Source: Octopus sinensis
Lineage: Eukaryota
DNA length: 64,000 nt
NCBI RefSeq assembly: GCF_006345805.1
Contig: NC_042998.1
Span: forward strand, 117,614,001-117,678,000
Reading direction: 5' to 3'
The notes below the pieces were generated by a model. It worked only from the letters and a program-made list of their open reading frames with translations. It was not told the origin of the DNA and ran no database searches. Shown piece by piece: positions 49,669-63,350 of the stretch. Positions within the stretch are counted from its first letter, which is position 1; every line of letters starts with the position of its first letter. A program made the translations under genes and the position numbers.

Positions 49669-51409
49669 TAAAATAAAATTTGGGAACAAACATTACCAAT
49701 CATATCAATGTGATTTAGAATTGCAAATCCAATTATAGAATGAACAGATCCTGTTTCTTTTAAATACCAAAAATATTTTATTAATGGCGTGTCACAGCTA
49801 ATGCCAGGCATTAGAAATCTATTATTCATTTGATAAATTCACACTCTCAAATTTTAGTATGCTATTACAGTTTCAGTTTTAGAAGTAACCTTGTATCAAA
49901 TAAATATCATTGATGTACTTGATTTTTAATTTTATCATTTGTGCTTAAATAAAATTTAAAAATTTGAATTATTTTCATTCATACAATTTTCCACTCGAAT
50001 AAATGCTTTTCGAATAATTGTTTTCGAAGAATTATTTTCGAACAATGTTCACATAATCGGTATTTTAATTTTATACTATGCTCCATTTTGCATTATCGTC
50101 AGAAAATTAGCAACGAGAATCTTATGATTTGTGATGTACATGTTACCATTTACATTTCTTTTCTATTCGTAAGTTGATTTTCTATTTGTCATTATCCTTT
50201 TCTTCATTCGGTGCAATGTAGCTATACTATAACCCAAGTACTGAACGAATTGCAAAGGCAGGCGTTTTATTACAATGGAATGTCGTACATCAAGATAAGC
50301 AGTAATTATCTGTCTGGGGACCTTGTTAATATATCTACAACAAAGCGCACCCAGCTAAATGCTCGAAAGAATTAAGTATACTTATGAATAACAGATAGTC
50401 AGCACGTAGAACAATTGTGTGCAGTTTCTCCCAGCATGCATTGAGTTTATAAAATAGAATTCAAAACCGTGTTGTTGCACAGTTTTCCTTGTGCTGTAAA
50501 TGCAATCGTCTCACTGCATGAAATTAACTTGTTTTGTAGGTCGGACTTACCTGCTCATTATGGTTTCCAATTATTTTTAGGAATACAGTCATTACACTCT
50601 TTCGTTGAACAAGTGATTTTTCTTTTTTTTTTTCTTTTTGATAGTTGTTAAGTTCTTTCTAAACGGAAGTATAGTATTTCTAGAATTGAATATAGGAAGA
50701 GTGTCGGGATAGCGAAAATTTTCAAAGAAAAGTGTCTAGAACGCGACAGTAACATCCTATACGAATATCCAAGAAACGGAAATATTTACATCAATATCAG
50801 TGAAGGCAGCTTCAAAGGCAGTTCACCTTCAGAATGAGCAAAATGCGAACAGCATAAACGCGTTCAGATTTTAATGTGGAATACCTATGTAGAGACGTTT
50901 TGGATATCAAGTGTTGATCAAGAGCGTGCTATAGCTTTTGAAAGTGAACGGGAGCGTGACCAACTAAATGCTGCTGTGGAATATTTGATAATAGTTAAGC
51001 TACTCGGTATTGTGAAGAAAAGAAATTGACTAATATAAAACTATCGTAAAGTGAATTGAACTTATTTTTTCAAACAAATGTGAGCGAATGAGAACTATGT
51101 TACACTAACAAGCATTGATTTCTTGGGACGTACATTGTTTTCATCTGGTTAATAATGTGTGATATGAGTCTTGAAATAGAAATGTATTCAAGTATCAATA
51201 ATATTGTTCTGCTTCCCACGCCGCGAGTTCGTGTGTTAAGCGTTTACCACCATAAGTTAAGGAAAACAATAAGAATCAGATATTTCTTTGTTTCATTGTA
51301 TTTAAATATCATTGAGATAGTGAAATAAAATTCATGAAAAATTCTGATAATTATGAGAAAAATATTTAAAGCTATGGATCACTGTTATCATTATATATAA
51401 ATGTCTGCA

Positions 51410-52060
51410 TCAAAATAGGAGCAGTTGGTTGAGGCCTCTGTAGAAGAGGGAACGACGGCGGCCGAGGAGGCAGGGGACTCCTTAAAGAATGGCCGCAAGA
51501 GGAAGAAGATGAGCAACAATAGGTGCTTACCGAAGGATCCTAGGGATGAGGAAGGGGAGGCGAATCTTCCAGTCACGGAGGAGACGCACCCTCCCTCAGT
51601 TGAAAAGAAAAACAAGTGGAAGAAAAAGAGAAACGGAACATTGCCGGCAATCGGTGACATAGTACCGGAATGACCCGGAACCTCGCCGGTACGAGTTGTC
51701 CCATCGGCAGGGGAAAAGACACTGTTGGCGGGAATTGTGCCGCCAATCGTAGAATTGACTATCCCGCCCCCGGAGGAAGATGAATTATTGGTCTTCTTCT
51801 ATAGAGCCGGAAGGTAGGAAAAGTGGTGGGAAAGCACCATAAGGGAGTACCTTTAGCCTGCACACAGGATCCCGAATGGCCCCAAAAGATAGCTGCGGAG
51901 GTCATAACGTTGCCCGTGATGCGTAGGCTGCAGGGATTGAATGAGGAATATCGCTTGTGGCCGGGCGACGCCGACACGGCACCCGCTTTGATCTTGAATT
52001 AGGCGTGGGTGATGGCAGAGTATGCGGGCACAAGCGATGTTGATGAGGAATAGTGATAAG
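51410..52060 (+). pseudogene. GC-rich coding-like relic, possibly the C-terminus of a LINE ORF1
   Basis: An abrupt GC-rich island with long open stretches (basic KKKRN tracts; VPLACTQDPEWPQKIAAEVITLPVMRRLQGL) ending in TAG TGA TAA. I recognised no domain. Confidence 0.35.
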
Positions 52061-52339
52061 TGGTTGAAAAGCCTCACTGTTATTGAAAGTTCTGAGTTTG
52101 GAAAGAAAGGTTAGAGGTTTAGCGCCTCATTTTGTTATTGAATATTGTGAACAGTGTAGAGGTTTGTTGCCTCATGAACAATATACAAGAGATCAATGTT
52201 CTCGGGAAAAATCGATCGGCGGGCGTCGCTTTTTCCCCCATTAATTATCATTTTCATTTTCATTTCATATAGCATTCTGTCTATGTTCAGCCCGCAGCTT
52301 CATTTCTCTGTGCAAGGCCTTATGGCCAATATAATGAAA

Positions 52340-52480
52340 TAAAGAAGTTTGCTTCTCAAATAAATGCGTCCGAGTTGAGCCTACTGCGTGGCACTTGGGC
52401 AACTGACTTCTACTAATGTCTCTGGTCGATCAAACACTTGAGATTGGATTTAGGAAACCGACTCTGAAAGAAGCCCATCT
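52340..52480 (+). mobile_element. tRNA-derived SINE (first family), degenerate
   Basis: CTGCGTGGCACTTGGGCAAC..CTTCTACTA..CTGAAAGAAGCCC. Confidence 0.75.
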
Positions 52481-53164
52481 CTGTGTTGGGGCTGTATTTA
52501 GGCATGTGATATATTTATCTTCCGTGAATTTTCATATTGCAATGCTATTTTTAAATTATGCGGGTTCCTTTGTTGTTTGCTGTATATATTTAGAGTTTAT
52601 AAACGATGCCTTCGCTGCGTACTGTATATGTACGATTTGTTTCTATCAGCTTAGGAACGGTGGCTCTGGAATGCAGTTAGTAGCTTAATTTTTCGTATCT
52701 TAATCCTAAATTATGCGTACTTGTTATTGTGTTTTATAACTTGTATTTTAGTATGGTAGAGTTAAGTATAGTTTTTAATAAAACTGTGACAATTCTGTGT
52801 TTATTTGTCTTGGTACATCATCATACACGTATTTGATTTAGTCCATTTTACAGATGTTTGTGTGTGGATAGAGAATAACGTTTTCCCTTATTCAAATTGA
52901 GTTGTATTATAGTGGTTTTCTTGCGTTTTCGTATCATTATTTGATGTGCGTATGTTGGCTGATGTTTTTAGTAGTTTTCCAGTTGAGTGTTAGTTTTTTG
53001 CAATTAAGTTCATTTTTAGGGAAGAGATTGTATTCTATTTCACTTTAGCCTTTATAACTTGTACGAGATTAATTCTATGGTGGTGTTAAAGTGATTAGAT
53101 TTACGCAAAATTTTAAAGCGCATATGCAGCCAGTTTTAAATGTTCTCTGCATACTCTCTATTTA

Positions 53165-53568
53165 TTCTTTTACTTGTTTCAGTCATTTGACTTCGGCCAT
53201 GCTGGAGCAACGCCTTTTGTCGAGCAAATCGACCCCAGGACTTATTCTCTGTAAGCATAGTACTTATTCTAACGGTCCCTTTTGCCGAACCGCTAGGTTA
53301 TGGGGACGTAAACACACCAGCATCGGTTGTCAAGCGATGTTCGGGGGACAAAAACAGACACAGAAACATATACACACACACACACACACACACCACACAC
53401 ACACACATATATATATATATACATATATACGGCGGGCTTTTTTTAGTTTCCGCCTACCAAATCCAGCCACTAGGCTTTGGTCGGCCAAAAGCTATAGTAG
53501 AAGACACTTGCCCAAGGTGCCACGCAGAGGGACTGAACCCTACTTACCACACAGTCACTCCTGCGACT
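53165..53568 (-). mobile_element. Near-full-length SINE (first family) with an internal (CA)/(TA) tract
   Basis: The tRNA-like head at ~53520-68 has an internal deletion. The body is AAGTGTCTTCTACTATAG and the 3' part ends ...GACTGAAACAAGTAAAAGA. Confidence 0.88.
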
Positions 53569-53754
53569 ATTTCTATTTTTATTACATTTTCCCCCGTTTT
53601 TAGATGCTAAATTATGGCGAGTTAGTGTGGGTTCCTTTTTATGAATATCAGATTCCAGGAATGGTTGAAAAAAAGCTGTATAATCTTATCTCTAATTTGA
53701 AAATTGGAATAAAGTACAAAATATTGCTTTCAAATTGTTGTGGTAGACCAAATA

Positions 53755-54005
53755 CTTTCAATTGATTATGTCAACAAGTCCGTATTTTATCGACCCCAAA
53801 AATGATTACTGGTAAAGTGTACACTGGAGGCATTTGAACCCAGAAATTGAAGTCGGAAGAAATACTGCTTAGCATTTTCCCGACACGGTCGAGATTTTAC
53901 CAGCTCAGAGAATACAGATTTCAAACTTTGACCCAAGGCCTGCAAATTTAGAAGAGGGATAAGCGGATTACAGTGACCATAGTGTTCAACTGATACTTGA
54001 TGAAA
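53755..54005 (-). mobile_element. SINE (second family) relics
   Basis: TATTTTATCGACCCC, ATTTGAACCCAGAA, GAAATACTGCTTAGCATTT, and a second partial copy downstream. Confidence 0.55.
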
Positions 54006-54733
54006 TACAGAATATTACGACCTGTTATGACGTTGCCAACGTCGTGGTTCATTAACAGTAAAATATGATATTATGGTTCGATTTAACTTTGTTGCATGCT
54101 TCCTAGAGTTCGCAAGTGCACTGCAGCAGCTATAAATTGCAAATATTTTTTGGAAGGCTACACATTAAACATTTCGTAGTCGTCTATATTATAAAAAGTC
54201 AAATTTAAAACTTAAAATTTCAAAGTAAATTCTATATCTCTGGTTTCTCTCAAAATCTACAAACCATATTAAACTTTTCAAACTTTCCAGAAGCATTGAG
54301 ACCTGGGATAATACTTAAGGGTAATGCAGACCACATCCATATCCTCTGTAGAAGATGAACTGTGAAATGTATTCCCCTGACTGTATTATTCTATCTTTAT
54401 TTATCTAAAGTTTTGTTGCTTATAAGGTGGATTTCTCTGTATATCTATTTCATACATACTCATTTTGTCACTGATCCCGGATTATCCAGTGTACGGACAT
54501 GCTAGTCTGTTACTTGGAATAACCCAGACACAGCCGCAAGACCTCAAATTCACCTTACTCTAATTAAATATTCTAAATGACTTGAGACACCTCTCCTGCC
54601 TTGTTTTTTGTAGTCTTTTTCCTTCTAATGCAATATATACCTGCTAACTAGCTAGTAAATGCTGATTCCTAGCTCCAGCCTCTTCTGTTTCTTTGGAAAA
54701 AAAAAAATATATATATACATACATATTATAATA

Positions 54734-54764
<31 letters not shown>

Positions 54765-54766
54765 TG

Positions 54767-54834
<68 letters not shown>

Positions 54835-54837
<3 letters not shown>

Positions 54838-56216
54838 GAATATTATAGACGAGTTAGATCAATACTAAAAACAGAGCTCGATGCTAAAAACAAGATAATA
54901 GGTATTAACACTTTAGCTGTCCCAGTTATAAGTTACAGCTACAATATCCTTAACTGGACACTAAATGAACTGAGCAAAATAGATAGGAAAACAAGAAAAA
55001 TAATGACAGGGTTTAGGCTGCATCACCCAAAATCTGACATAGAAAGACTATATATACAACGTATAGAATGTGGTAGGGGCCTTATACAGCTGGAAAAAAC
55101 TATAAAATAACCACCATAGGACTGCAAAAATATCTACTTCAGAAGGAAGGAAAACTGATACAAATAGCGGCAAAACACGAGCAAAACAAAAAACTGTTCT
55201 CAGTATTTAAGGAAGCTGACAAATACAAACATGAAATCATACCACCTAATAAACATGAAGAAGAAGAAGAAGATGAAGAAACAACAAAAGCTATAAAACA
55301 AATGAAATCCAAACTAAAACTAGAACAGCAAAGAACCATGATAAAACGATGGCAAGAAAAACCCCTTCACGGTAAATACTGGACTAAACTAAATGCAAAA
55401 GAGATAGACAAAGAAAAATCCCAGCAATGGTGGAGAAGCTCGGGACTCAAAGCAGAGACAGAGGGATTTTTAATTGCAGCACAAGACCAAAGCCTCCCCA
55501 CCAGAAATTACCAAAAACATGTAATGAAAAGAATATAACAAGCAACTGCAGAATATGTGGAGATGGACAAGAAACAATAAATCATATTATCTCTGGCTGC
55601 CCAATCCTGGCTAAGAAGGAATATATTCACAGACATGATAGAGTTGGAACCTACATACACTGGAAGCTATGCCAACATTATGGAATAACAACAGAAAAAA
55701 GGATGGTATAGGCACACACCAGAAAAGGTTACAGAAAACGAGAAAGCAACCATACTTTGGGATATGCCGATACACACAGATAGAGAAATTAAGGCCAACA
55801 GACCCTGATATAGTTGTCAGAGATCATGAAGAAAAAAAATTGCTTTCTAATTGATGCATCAATACCGGCAGATGACAACGTGTCTCGAAAAGAAATGGAG
55901 AAACTTTCAAAATACAAAGACCTGGAAATGGAGGTAACCAGAACGTGGAATCTAAAAACAGAAACAATTCCTATCATAGTAGGTGCATTAGGCATGATAA
56001 AAAAATATTCAGACAAATACATGACAAAAACACCAGGACTTACAAACACATATAACATACAGAGAATTGCACTACTAGGCACTGCACACATCCTACGCAG
56101 AACAGTTTCCATACAATAACCATCAGAGCATCACAACAAATCACAGCACATACCCAAGGCACACAGAGCTGTGCTCGGTAGTGAAGTGAAAGCACACTAT
56201 AAAAATAAAACTACTG
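54835..56216 (+). mobile_element. Young 5'-truncated R4/Dong-type RLE LINE inserted in (AAT)n
   Basis: KEYYRRVRSILKTEL..HHPKSDIERLY..GRGL; WQEKPLHGKY; ETEGFLIAAQDQ; CRICG..ETINHIISGC (CCHC); RHDRV; RPDIV; KYKDLEME; LLGTAHILRRT. (AAT)n flanks both sides. Confidence 0.97.
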
Positions 56217-56226
56217 AATAATGATG

Positions 56227-56302
<76 letters not shown>

Positions 56303-56420
56303 TAATAATAATAATTATTATTGTTATTATTATTATTATTGTTATTAATATTACCTTCCGAGGTCTTTATTCCCATGCTGGCCACCTGATAAGGTCGGTA
56401 TTTGAAATAATTATTTTACA

Positions 56421-56464
<44 letters not shown>

Positions 56465-56784
56465 ATATATATGGACTCAGATGAATATGGTACATAAGTT
56501 GAGGCGCCTGAATTTAGTACTGTATTATCCATAAAATTTCAAAATAAGGTGATTAAAATGAAAATAAGCAACAAGGATATCCAGAGGTAATGCAGTACGA
56601 TCGTTTCATGTAACTCCATTTAATTGAACAATGCATATATATATATATAACTTCTAACCTCGTAAATAGTCAGCGGTTTGATTTTCCGTGGGCTATCGAC
56701 CTCTTACTAATGGTCTCTAACTTTGGCGCCGGACCAAGTGTATTTTCAGACAGATGGAATGTACTTCACTGCTACATACTATAT

Positions 56785-56890
56785 GGACCCCGATAGGATG
56801 AAAGGTAAAGTCGACCGCAGGGGTAGTTGAACTCAGAACGTAAAGGAGGACGAAATGTAACAGGGCATTTTGTCCAGTTTGCTTCTAATG
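56785..56890 (-). mobile_element. SINE (second family) fragment
   Basis: GGACCCCGATAGGATGAAAGGTAAAGTCGACC..TTGAACTCAGAACGTAAAG. Confidence 0.75.
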
Positions 56891-58199
56891 GAATTCTTAA
56901 GAATAAAATCTATATCCGTCTCACATCCTATATTAATGTTAGATTACACATTTTATACTGTGAGTTGGTTACACCGTGCTTAACAAATATTTATGATACT
57001 GACTAAAGTTGGGTTAACTCTCTTGGTTTTGTTTTATTATTAACTTCTAAAATAAATATTGATATGCCCATATTAATTTGAACCTGAGATACACTTTTCA
57101 TTAAGATTTACACAATTCATTCAGATTAAAGCAAATTACGTCACAATGTATTTTTGTTCAATTTGGGAAGAAATATACTGACACATTTTTGCTGCAATAG
57201 ACAATTCTCTACCTACAATATACAAAACATATCTAACTAGTAATATTTTGTAAACCATTAGACGCCACGTCCAAGTCGTTTCCCTTTTCAAATAAATTCG
57301 CCTTAATGTAGTCAATGACGCTGTATTATCGAGAGTACACGTACGTATCTGAAGAATTCTGGAATGAGAAATATTTACACAACTTTAGCGTGCTCAATGT
57401 GTATAATTACTTTTGAAGGCCAAAAAGAAATTAATTTTAGAATGTCTGTAAGAACAGGTATACATGTGTGTTACTTGAAACCTTTGTTTATCAATTACAT
57501 AACACTTCGATTGATTTACTACGAAAACATATTACATAATTAATATCTGTAATTTATATTAGAGAATGCCCCGGAGAATGAATTGAAAACAAAACGCTTA
57601 GAATAAACAAATAAAATCATTTGGAGGAAATCAATTAAATTTTGAAAGCAAAATGTCAAAATGTATTCATCGTTTATACGCTTGTTAACATTAATCAAGT
57701 ATGCATTTTCAAAACAGCAATGGAAAAAATATGCATTTCTCACCAAGGTAACCATAGCATACGTATAAGGTTAGATAGATTAGATATATTACGATACTTA
57801 ACTGTTCGTTGATTTTGATTATAAAATTGATTATTTAAATAATCTTTGTAAACTAGAAGAATCATTTAAGCATTGGTACGTATATAATATTTAGGTAAAT
57901 GTACTGCTTGTTTTGTGGGTCTTTCGTTTCATTTATATATAAATTTCATCATTGAGAACGGAATTTATGAACAATAACTCTGATATATTATGTAATGAGA
58001 GAAAGAGATTGTGACAAAAGTGGGAACTGATGGGTAAATGAATATAGAATTTTAAAGAATATTACTGTAACTCTAAATGTGATAAATGAAATTATGCAGT
58101 GAAAAATATTAGAACTTCGGCAAATCATTCTGGATCGTAAAAAAATATAGAAAAAAAGAAAGGAAAACAAAACTGAGGAAGGCCACAAAAACACAGCAT

Positions 58200-58760
58200 T
58201 TGAAATTGGTAAATAAATAGACCACCGTTGCTTGGAAATTTCTAAGTGGGTCGGAAAACTGGTGAAGGGTAGGTTGAGGCTTTCATCCTATAATTAATGG
58301 AAAATAAGTCACAACAGTTAGAATATTTTCGAGTGCCCTTGCCTGAAATGTTGTTGACATTGATTTGATAAAAATGCATCAACATTATATAATTCGCATT
58401 AACATTATTCATTTGCATATGTCCTAGAAAAATATTTTGCTTCATTGATAAATATTTGCTAACTATGTCACTCTGAAACATCTAATGCTCTTAGTATATT
58501 TTTCATCTTGATATTCAGAAATCATATTCTAAATTTGGTGATAAAACCTCAATATGAATTGAATTAAGTCCATCGTTTTGAATTTCATCAATATCCTCGT
58601 CAAATCATGTTTTCCATCTCATGGGATAAAAGCAAATACATTTTCCGTCTGATATCTGTACTATTCTGAGAATTTGTTTAAGAAACTTTCGATTCATCCT
58701 GCATTGAAATACAAGATTATAATTTGTTAATATTATTTGACACCAAGAAAAACTTGCTAA
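58200..58760 (-). mobile_element. Possible hAT transposase relic
   Basis: Weak resemblance across frameshifts: HIEVLS to YHTEVRWLS, and INVNNISGKG to LNELNLKLQGK. Confidence 0.3.
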
Positions 58761-60849
58761 GACTTATGCAAATTTTTATGTCATTAAACTGAAAAGAGAA
58801 ATAGAAATGCTTTATAGAGGGTGACAATGGGAACTTTTTCGAGAATTGAATCAATACATAGTGTAAATGCCGTATATCGGTATTCGTTTCACGTAATCAT
58901 TGTTCCGTTCTTTATTAATGACATAAAGCATGAATAATGAACACCGTTTACATAAAAGAGAAGCAAATCACATTATAGGCAGACAAAGGAGGAAGTAAAT
59001 ATATTTTTATAACTTAGTTGTCACATTAATTATCATTATATTTAGTATAGTTAGTATACTTAGCTTATAAACTAAGGATATCAATTTAGTTAAGTGGGTG
59101 GAAAATAATGCAGTTATATGAGTTCGTTGCAATATCAAAGAAATCAATAACCATTTCTAATGGAACTGTTGTTAGCTATGAGATCGAGAAAGAAACTATA
59201 TTACAAAAAGAACATAATTGTATGACTCAAATATGAATTAATGTTTGACAACTGAAAAGTATATTTGCCCAGTTGACACATCTCACTCCTTCTTGTACAC
59301 GATATAAAAATATTAGCGATCTTAATTTCTTTGAGGAGAATAAATTTTGCTAGGAGATCTAGTTTTGCACTGAACAACGTGTTTTACAGCATTGAGTTAT
59401 ATTCTTTACCATCTCAAGTTAAATGTCTGGTATGAGATAATTTATTACTTCCTTTGAAGATAGGTTAAAATAAGTGCAAATAGTTCTAGGTCAATTACAT
59501 TGACTTTTGTCTCTTCAACAGCTCAGGTAATTTTTCATCAATATTCTTTACAGAATGTATGTGGTAGCATGTTTTTTTCATTTCAGGCAGTGTTATATTC
59601 TTCAAATGCATGGTGGTGTTTCCCACAAAAGATGTTCAACCTGGATTTGCAATCAGTTTTTGGAGATAGTATCCACTTTACAGATTCTGGCTTGACCTCT
59701 CGTGGTTATAGGCGTAAGCTTCAAGCCCACATGACATAATCGATGAAAATATCTCCTTTTTTAGATTACTGTAGGAAACGTCCTTAAGATACCGTGAAAT
59801 TTATGTGTTTCCTGTGGTATTTCTGTTGGCACTCCATGTTATGATTTTCCTATCACTTTAGCGACATTTTTTTAGTATTATTCTCACGGAATTGTATGGA
59901 CGTGGAAATCAATTCAACATGTATGTCTGTCTGTGAGTGTAAGTATATATGCGCGCGTGTATTTGTGTCTGTATGTGTGTGTGCGTGCATTAAACCTGAT
60001 TGCTCATGTCATATTTTGTGAGTCGCACTTTGTTCTCGCAACAATCGTCTACACATTATAGTGATAAACGGGAAATACATAGAATACCTGCCACCAGAAA
60101 TATTTTGAAATATATAATTTTTTTCTTTCACTGTAAGACTGTAATTCATACGATACACTACAGGAGGACCGATGCATCATATATGTCAAGTCTCGTATTT
60201 GTGAATCGTTCTTAATCGCAATGCAGAGCGATCACTGGCATTACGCTATCAATTTATAAAAACCTTTTTTCCCCAAAAAGCTTGTTTGTCAAAATTTAAT
60301 ATGGTTGTCTTAAGAAGTGAATGAAGCAGGCAAATGTGAATTCTTAGTGCTAGAAGTGTTCAGTTTCAATTTTAGTTTAAACCAGTGTTGGGATCCTTAT
60401 AAATCTTGATATCTTTCTTTCCTTTATAAATGTTGTAATAAATCATTAATACTTGGTGGTCTTCAATGGAAATGACACGTTGGAAGGTCGGTGATCAATC
60501 AAAATGATAACAAGAGGAAATTAGATTGCAAGAGCTGCAATATTCATGGATCAAAAATTCAACAAAGGAGCTGAAATCTCACCTTATCAAAAACATAGCA
60601 CTTCATCATTCAAGTATCCTAAAGCTGAATATATATAGCTGTGTGGCCTATTACGAATAGAAATTGAAAAGAAAACCCAAATCACACACCATCATCTTAA
60701 GAACTAAACAACTCATAGAATAATATATGCCTCTATAGCAAAAAGCTGGTATTCTGTGATCTCAGATGTATTTGATGTTTACTGTATATCTTTGATTACA
60801 GCTCTCTGCTAGGAGTGACCAACGTTTAACAACAAAAAGACTGCAAAAG

Positions 60850-63350
60850 AATTACTTCCGAAAGAAATTTAAACCATAATCTTCTCTAAATATATATAAT
60901 TACTCTTCAAATGAAAAGAATATATTTCTCATATAATAATCTTACGTTCACCTTCACCTGTATTCCTCATTTATGAGAGTAACTCCATTCTGGTTATCTT
61001 ATTAGACATATTATATATTAATATATATACATTTTCATGTGGTAATAGTAAATACTAGTATTAGCCAGTTTCAGTGCCGCGGCATATGACTGGGATCAAC
61101 TTTTTTTTGAGATATTTGACCATATATAAATAACTTGAAAACTAACTACAATATGAGCCGTATTTTCCCTCTAAATCAGATTTAGGTATGTTAAGTAACC
61201 TAAATCTGCATAACAATATCCCAGCACTAAGGAGTATCATAAAACTAAAACTGTGTTCTAGTTCATATAAGGTTATCAACTGATTTAATTAACTCGATAA
61301 CAAAAATAGAAAAAAAATTGACATCAAGATCTATTACTCAACTATAAGACCTCTCCTATTAAAGAAATAATTCATATTGGCTAGAATAAACTCCGAACTA
61401 ACTAGGAAAATTTAACGTGATTTTATGCACTAAAAAATATATTACGAAAGTGGAAGATAAATAGTGAGTTAGGAAAGATATACAGGGAAGCTTTGATATT
61501 GATATAGGATCGACAGACCCCGCTCAAGTTAGTGACTTAGTATGGATATATTTAGTGTTTAGGTTAAGCAAATAATTCACTGATTTGGGAGGGTATCTAT
61601 ACATGCATGATGTACTTTTCACCTAGATATAGGAATACTAGACGAGATTTTTTTACAATTTTTTAAGAACCTAGGACTATCCATCTCTATAGAAAAAGAA
61701 CACAACACCGCCAACTTTCTTGATATCACTTTAGATCTAACCACAGAAACTTATAAACCTTAGCATAAGCCTAAAAGAAGAATCTGATACATAAATAGAA
61801 ACAATAATCATCCTTGATGTATAACCTAGAAAATAGCTGAAAGCGTGTCTAGACATATTTCGAGTCTATCAGCTAAATTTCAAAGCAAAAATTAAAATTT
61901 AACATCAAAGCTATAGATCTTGGAAAACAATAAGAAGAAAAACAATAATTGCAGCAATGGTAATATACTAATCGGTGGAATTAAAAATGGTAATTGCAAA
62001 AATAGTAATGCGAGGATAAATAAAGAGGGGAAAATTGAAAAACTAGACACTACCTATAGAATACAATTACAGCGAGGAATAGTAATGATTTTAAGAAAAT
62101 GGAGTCATATAAACGAATAAGAAATACTGATTGTAAAAGAAACTTTAGTAGGAAGCAGATAATAAATATATAAACCTGTCTATTAAAAATACACAAATAA
62201 ACACCAAATATTAATAAAAGCAGAACACATATGAAAACCAGAGAAATAGCATAAATACTTTTAATAAGAACGTGAAAAATTTCTCTAGGAATAAGATATC
62301 CGATAATATGGAATCGTATATTATTCCCTACGGTAAGCAAATTATTCCCAACATCCCAAAATTATTCTAATCGGTTGCAGAAATCAATTTTCTAAAACCA
62401 GATAAATATTATCGTATTTTTAACAAACGCAAGATTAGAATAACAGTTTCCAATAGTAGAAACCTGGCACAAATCACTGCAGCGCACAACGCGAAGAGAT
62501 TGAATAATTTCTATGAGAATGGTATCAATAACAACCAGAATGTAAATAGTAATTTTATTTCAAACTACATTGAAATAAGCGTTATTAATAGATATAGTAA
62601 CATGAGAAAAAGCTGCAATAAAGGAACCAACACAAGGGAAGCGACTGGTAATAATTCTGAGGCGGGACTTGGGCGGGAAGAGAAAAACGTTAGAACGTGC
62701 AGTACTGGGAAAGTAAATGATGAAAACAGGGCTAATGATCAAGTCATAGATACAAGGGAATTGATACAAGGGAAATAACAAGTGCTAACTCAAAGACTAA
62801 AATGGAAAACGGTATCCAGAATGTAATATATCATAACTGTGTAAATAAAAGTACATAGGAAAATAAACCATAGAAAGAAAATAACCAAGTAAAAATAGGG
62901 GATAATAGAGGAATAGGTAGAGGAAATAATTGTGATTGCGCAAAACGAAAATCATTCCGGTTAAAATTAAATGTCAAAATTAAAGATGTGGTTTACAGTT
63001 GCAAACTAATATTCTACATAGGTGCTAGTTCTAGATTTATAAAACGTAGAATAGGTAATGAAAAACAACAGTTTAGGGACATAAATATGAAGACTAATAC
63101 GAGTTAAAGTATATTAATTTTGTCGCTTAAAGATGTTAATAGAACATACACAATTAGCTAGGACATAATTATTAGAGTTAAACCGTATTGTTGCAGAAGC
63201 AAACGCTGTGAATTCTGGGTTCAGGAGTTATACAAAATTTTTACCTCAAAATTTAATCCGACAAAACATAGGGAAGAATGCGGTTGAAGAGGTGTCATAC
63301 GTCTAAATATACATTTAAAAAGCTTAAGTACACGCATTAGACAAGCCACT
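60850..63350 (+). mobile_element. Near-complete but decayed Penelope-like element (RT plus GIY-YIG)
   Basis: SKSDLGMLS; SFDI.IGSTDPAQVSDLV; FKNLGLSISIE..ANFLDITLDLTTETYKP; YINRNNNHP; IFNKRKIRITVSNSRNL..AHN; CDC..DVVYSCKLIFYIGASS. Many stops. Confidence 0.88.

Noticed and set aside
50740-51000. Possible RTE RT relic (similar weak hints at 29330-29420 and 59500-59790)
   Set aside because: The motif resemblance is too weak to support without a profile search.
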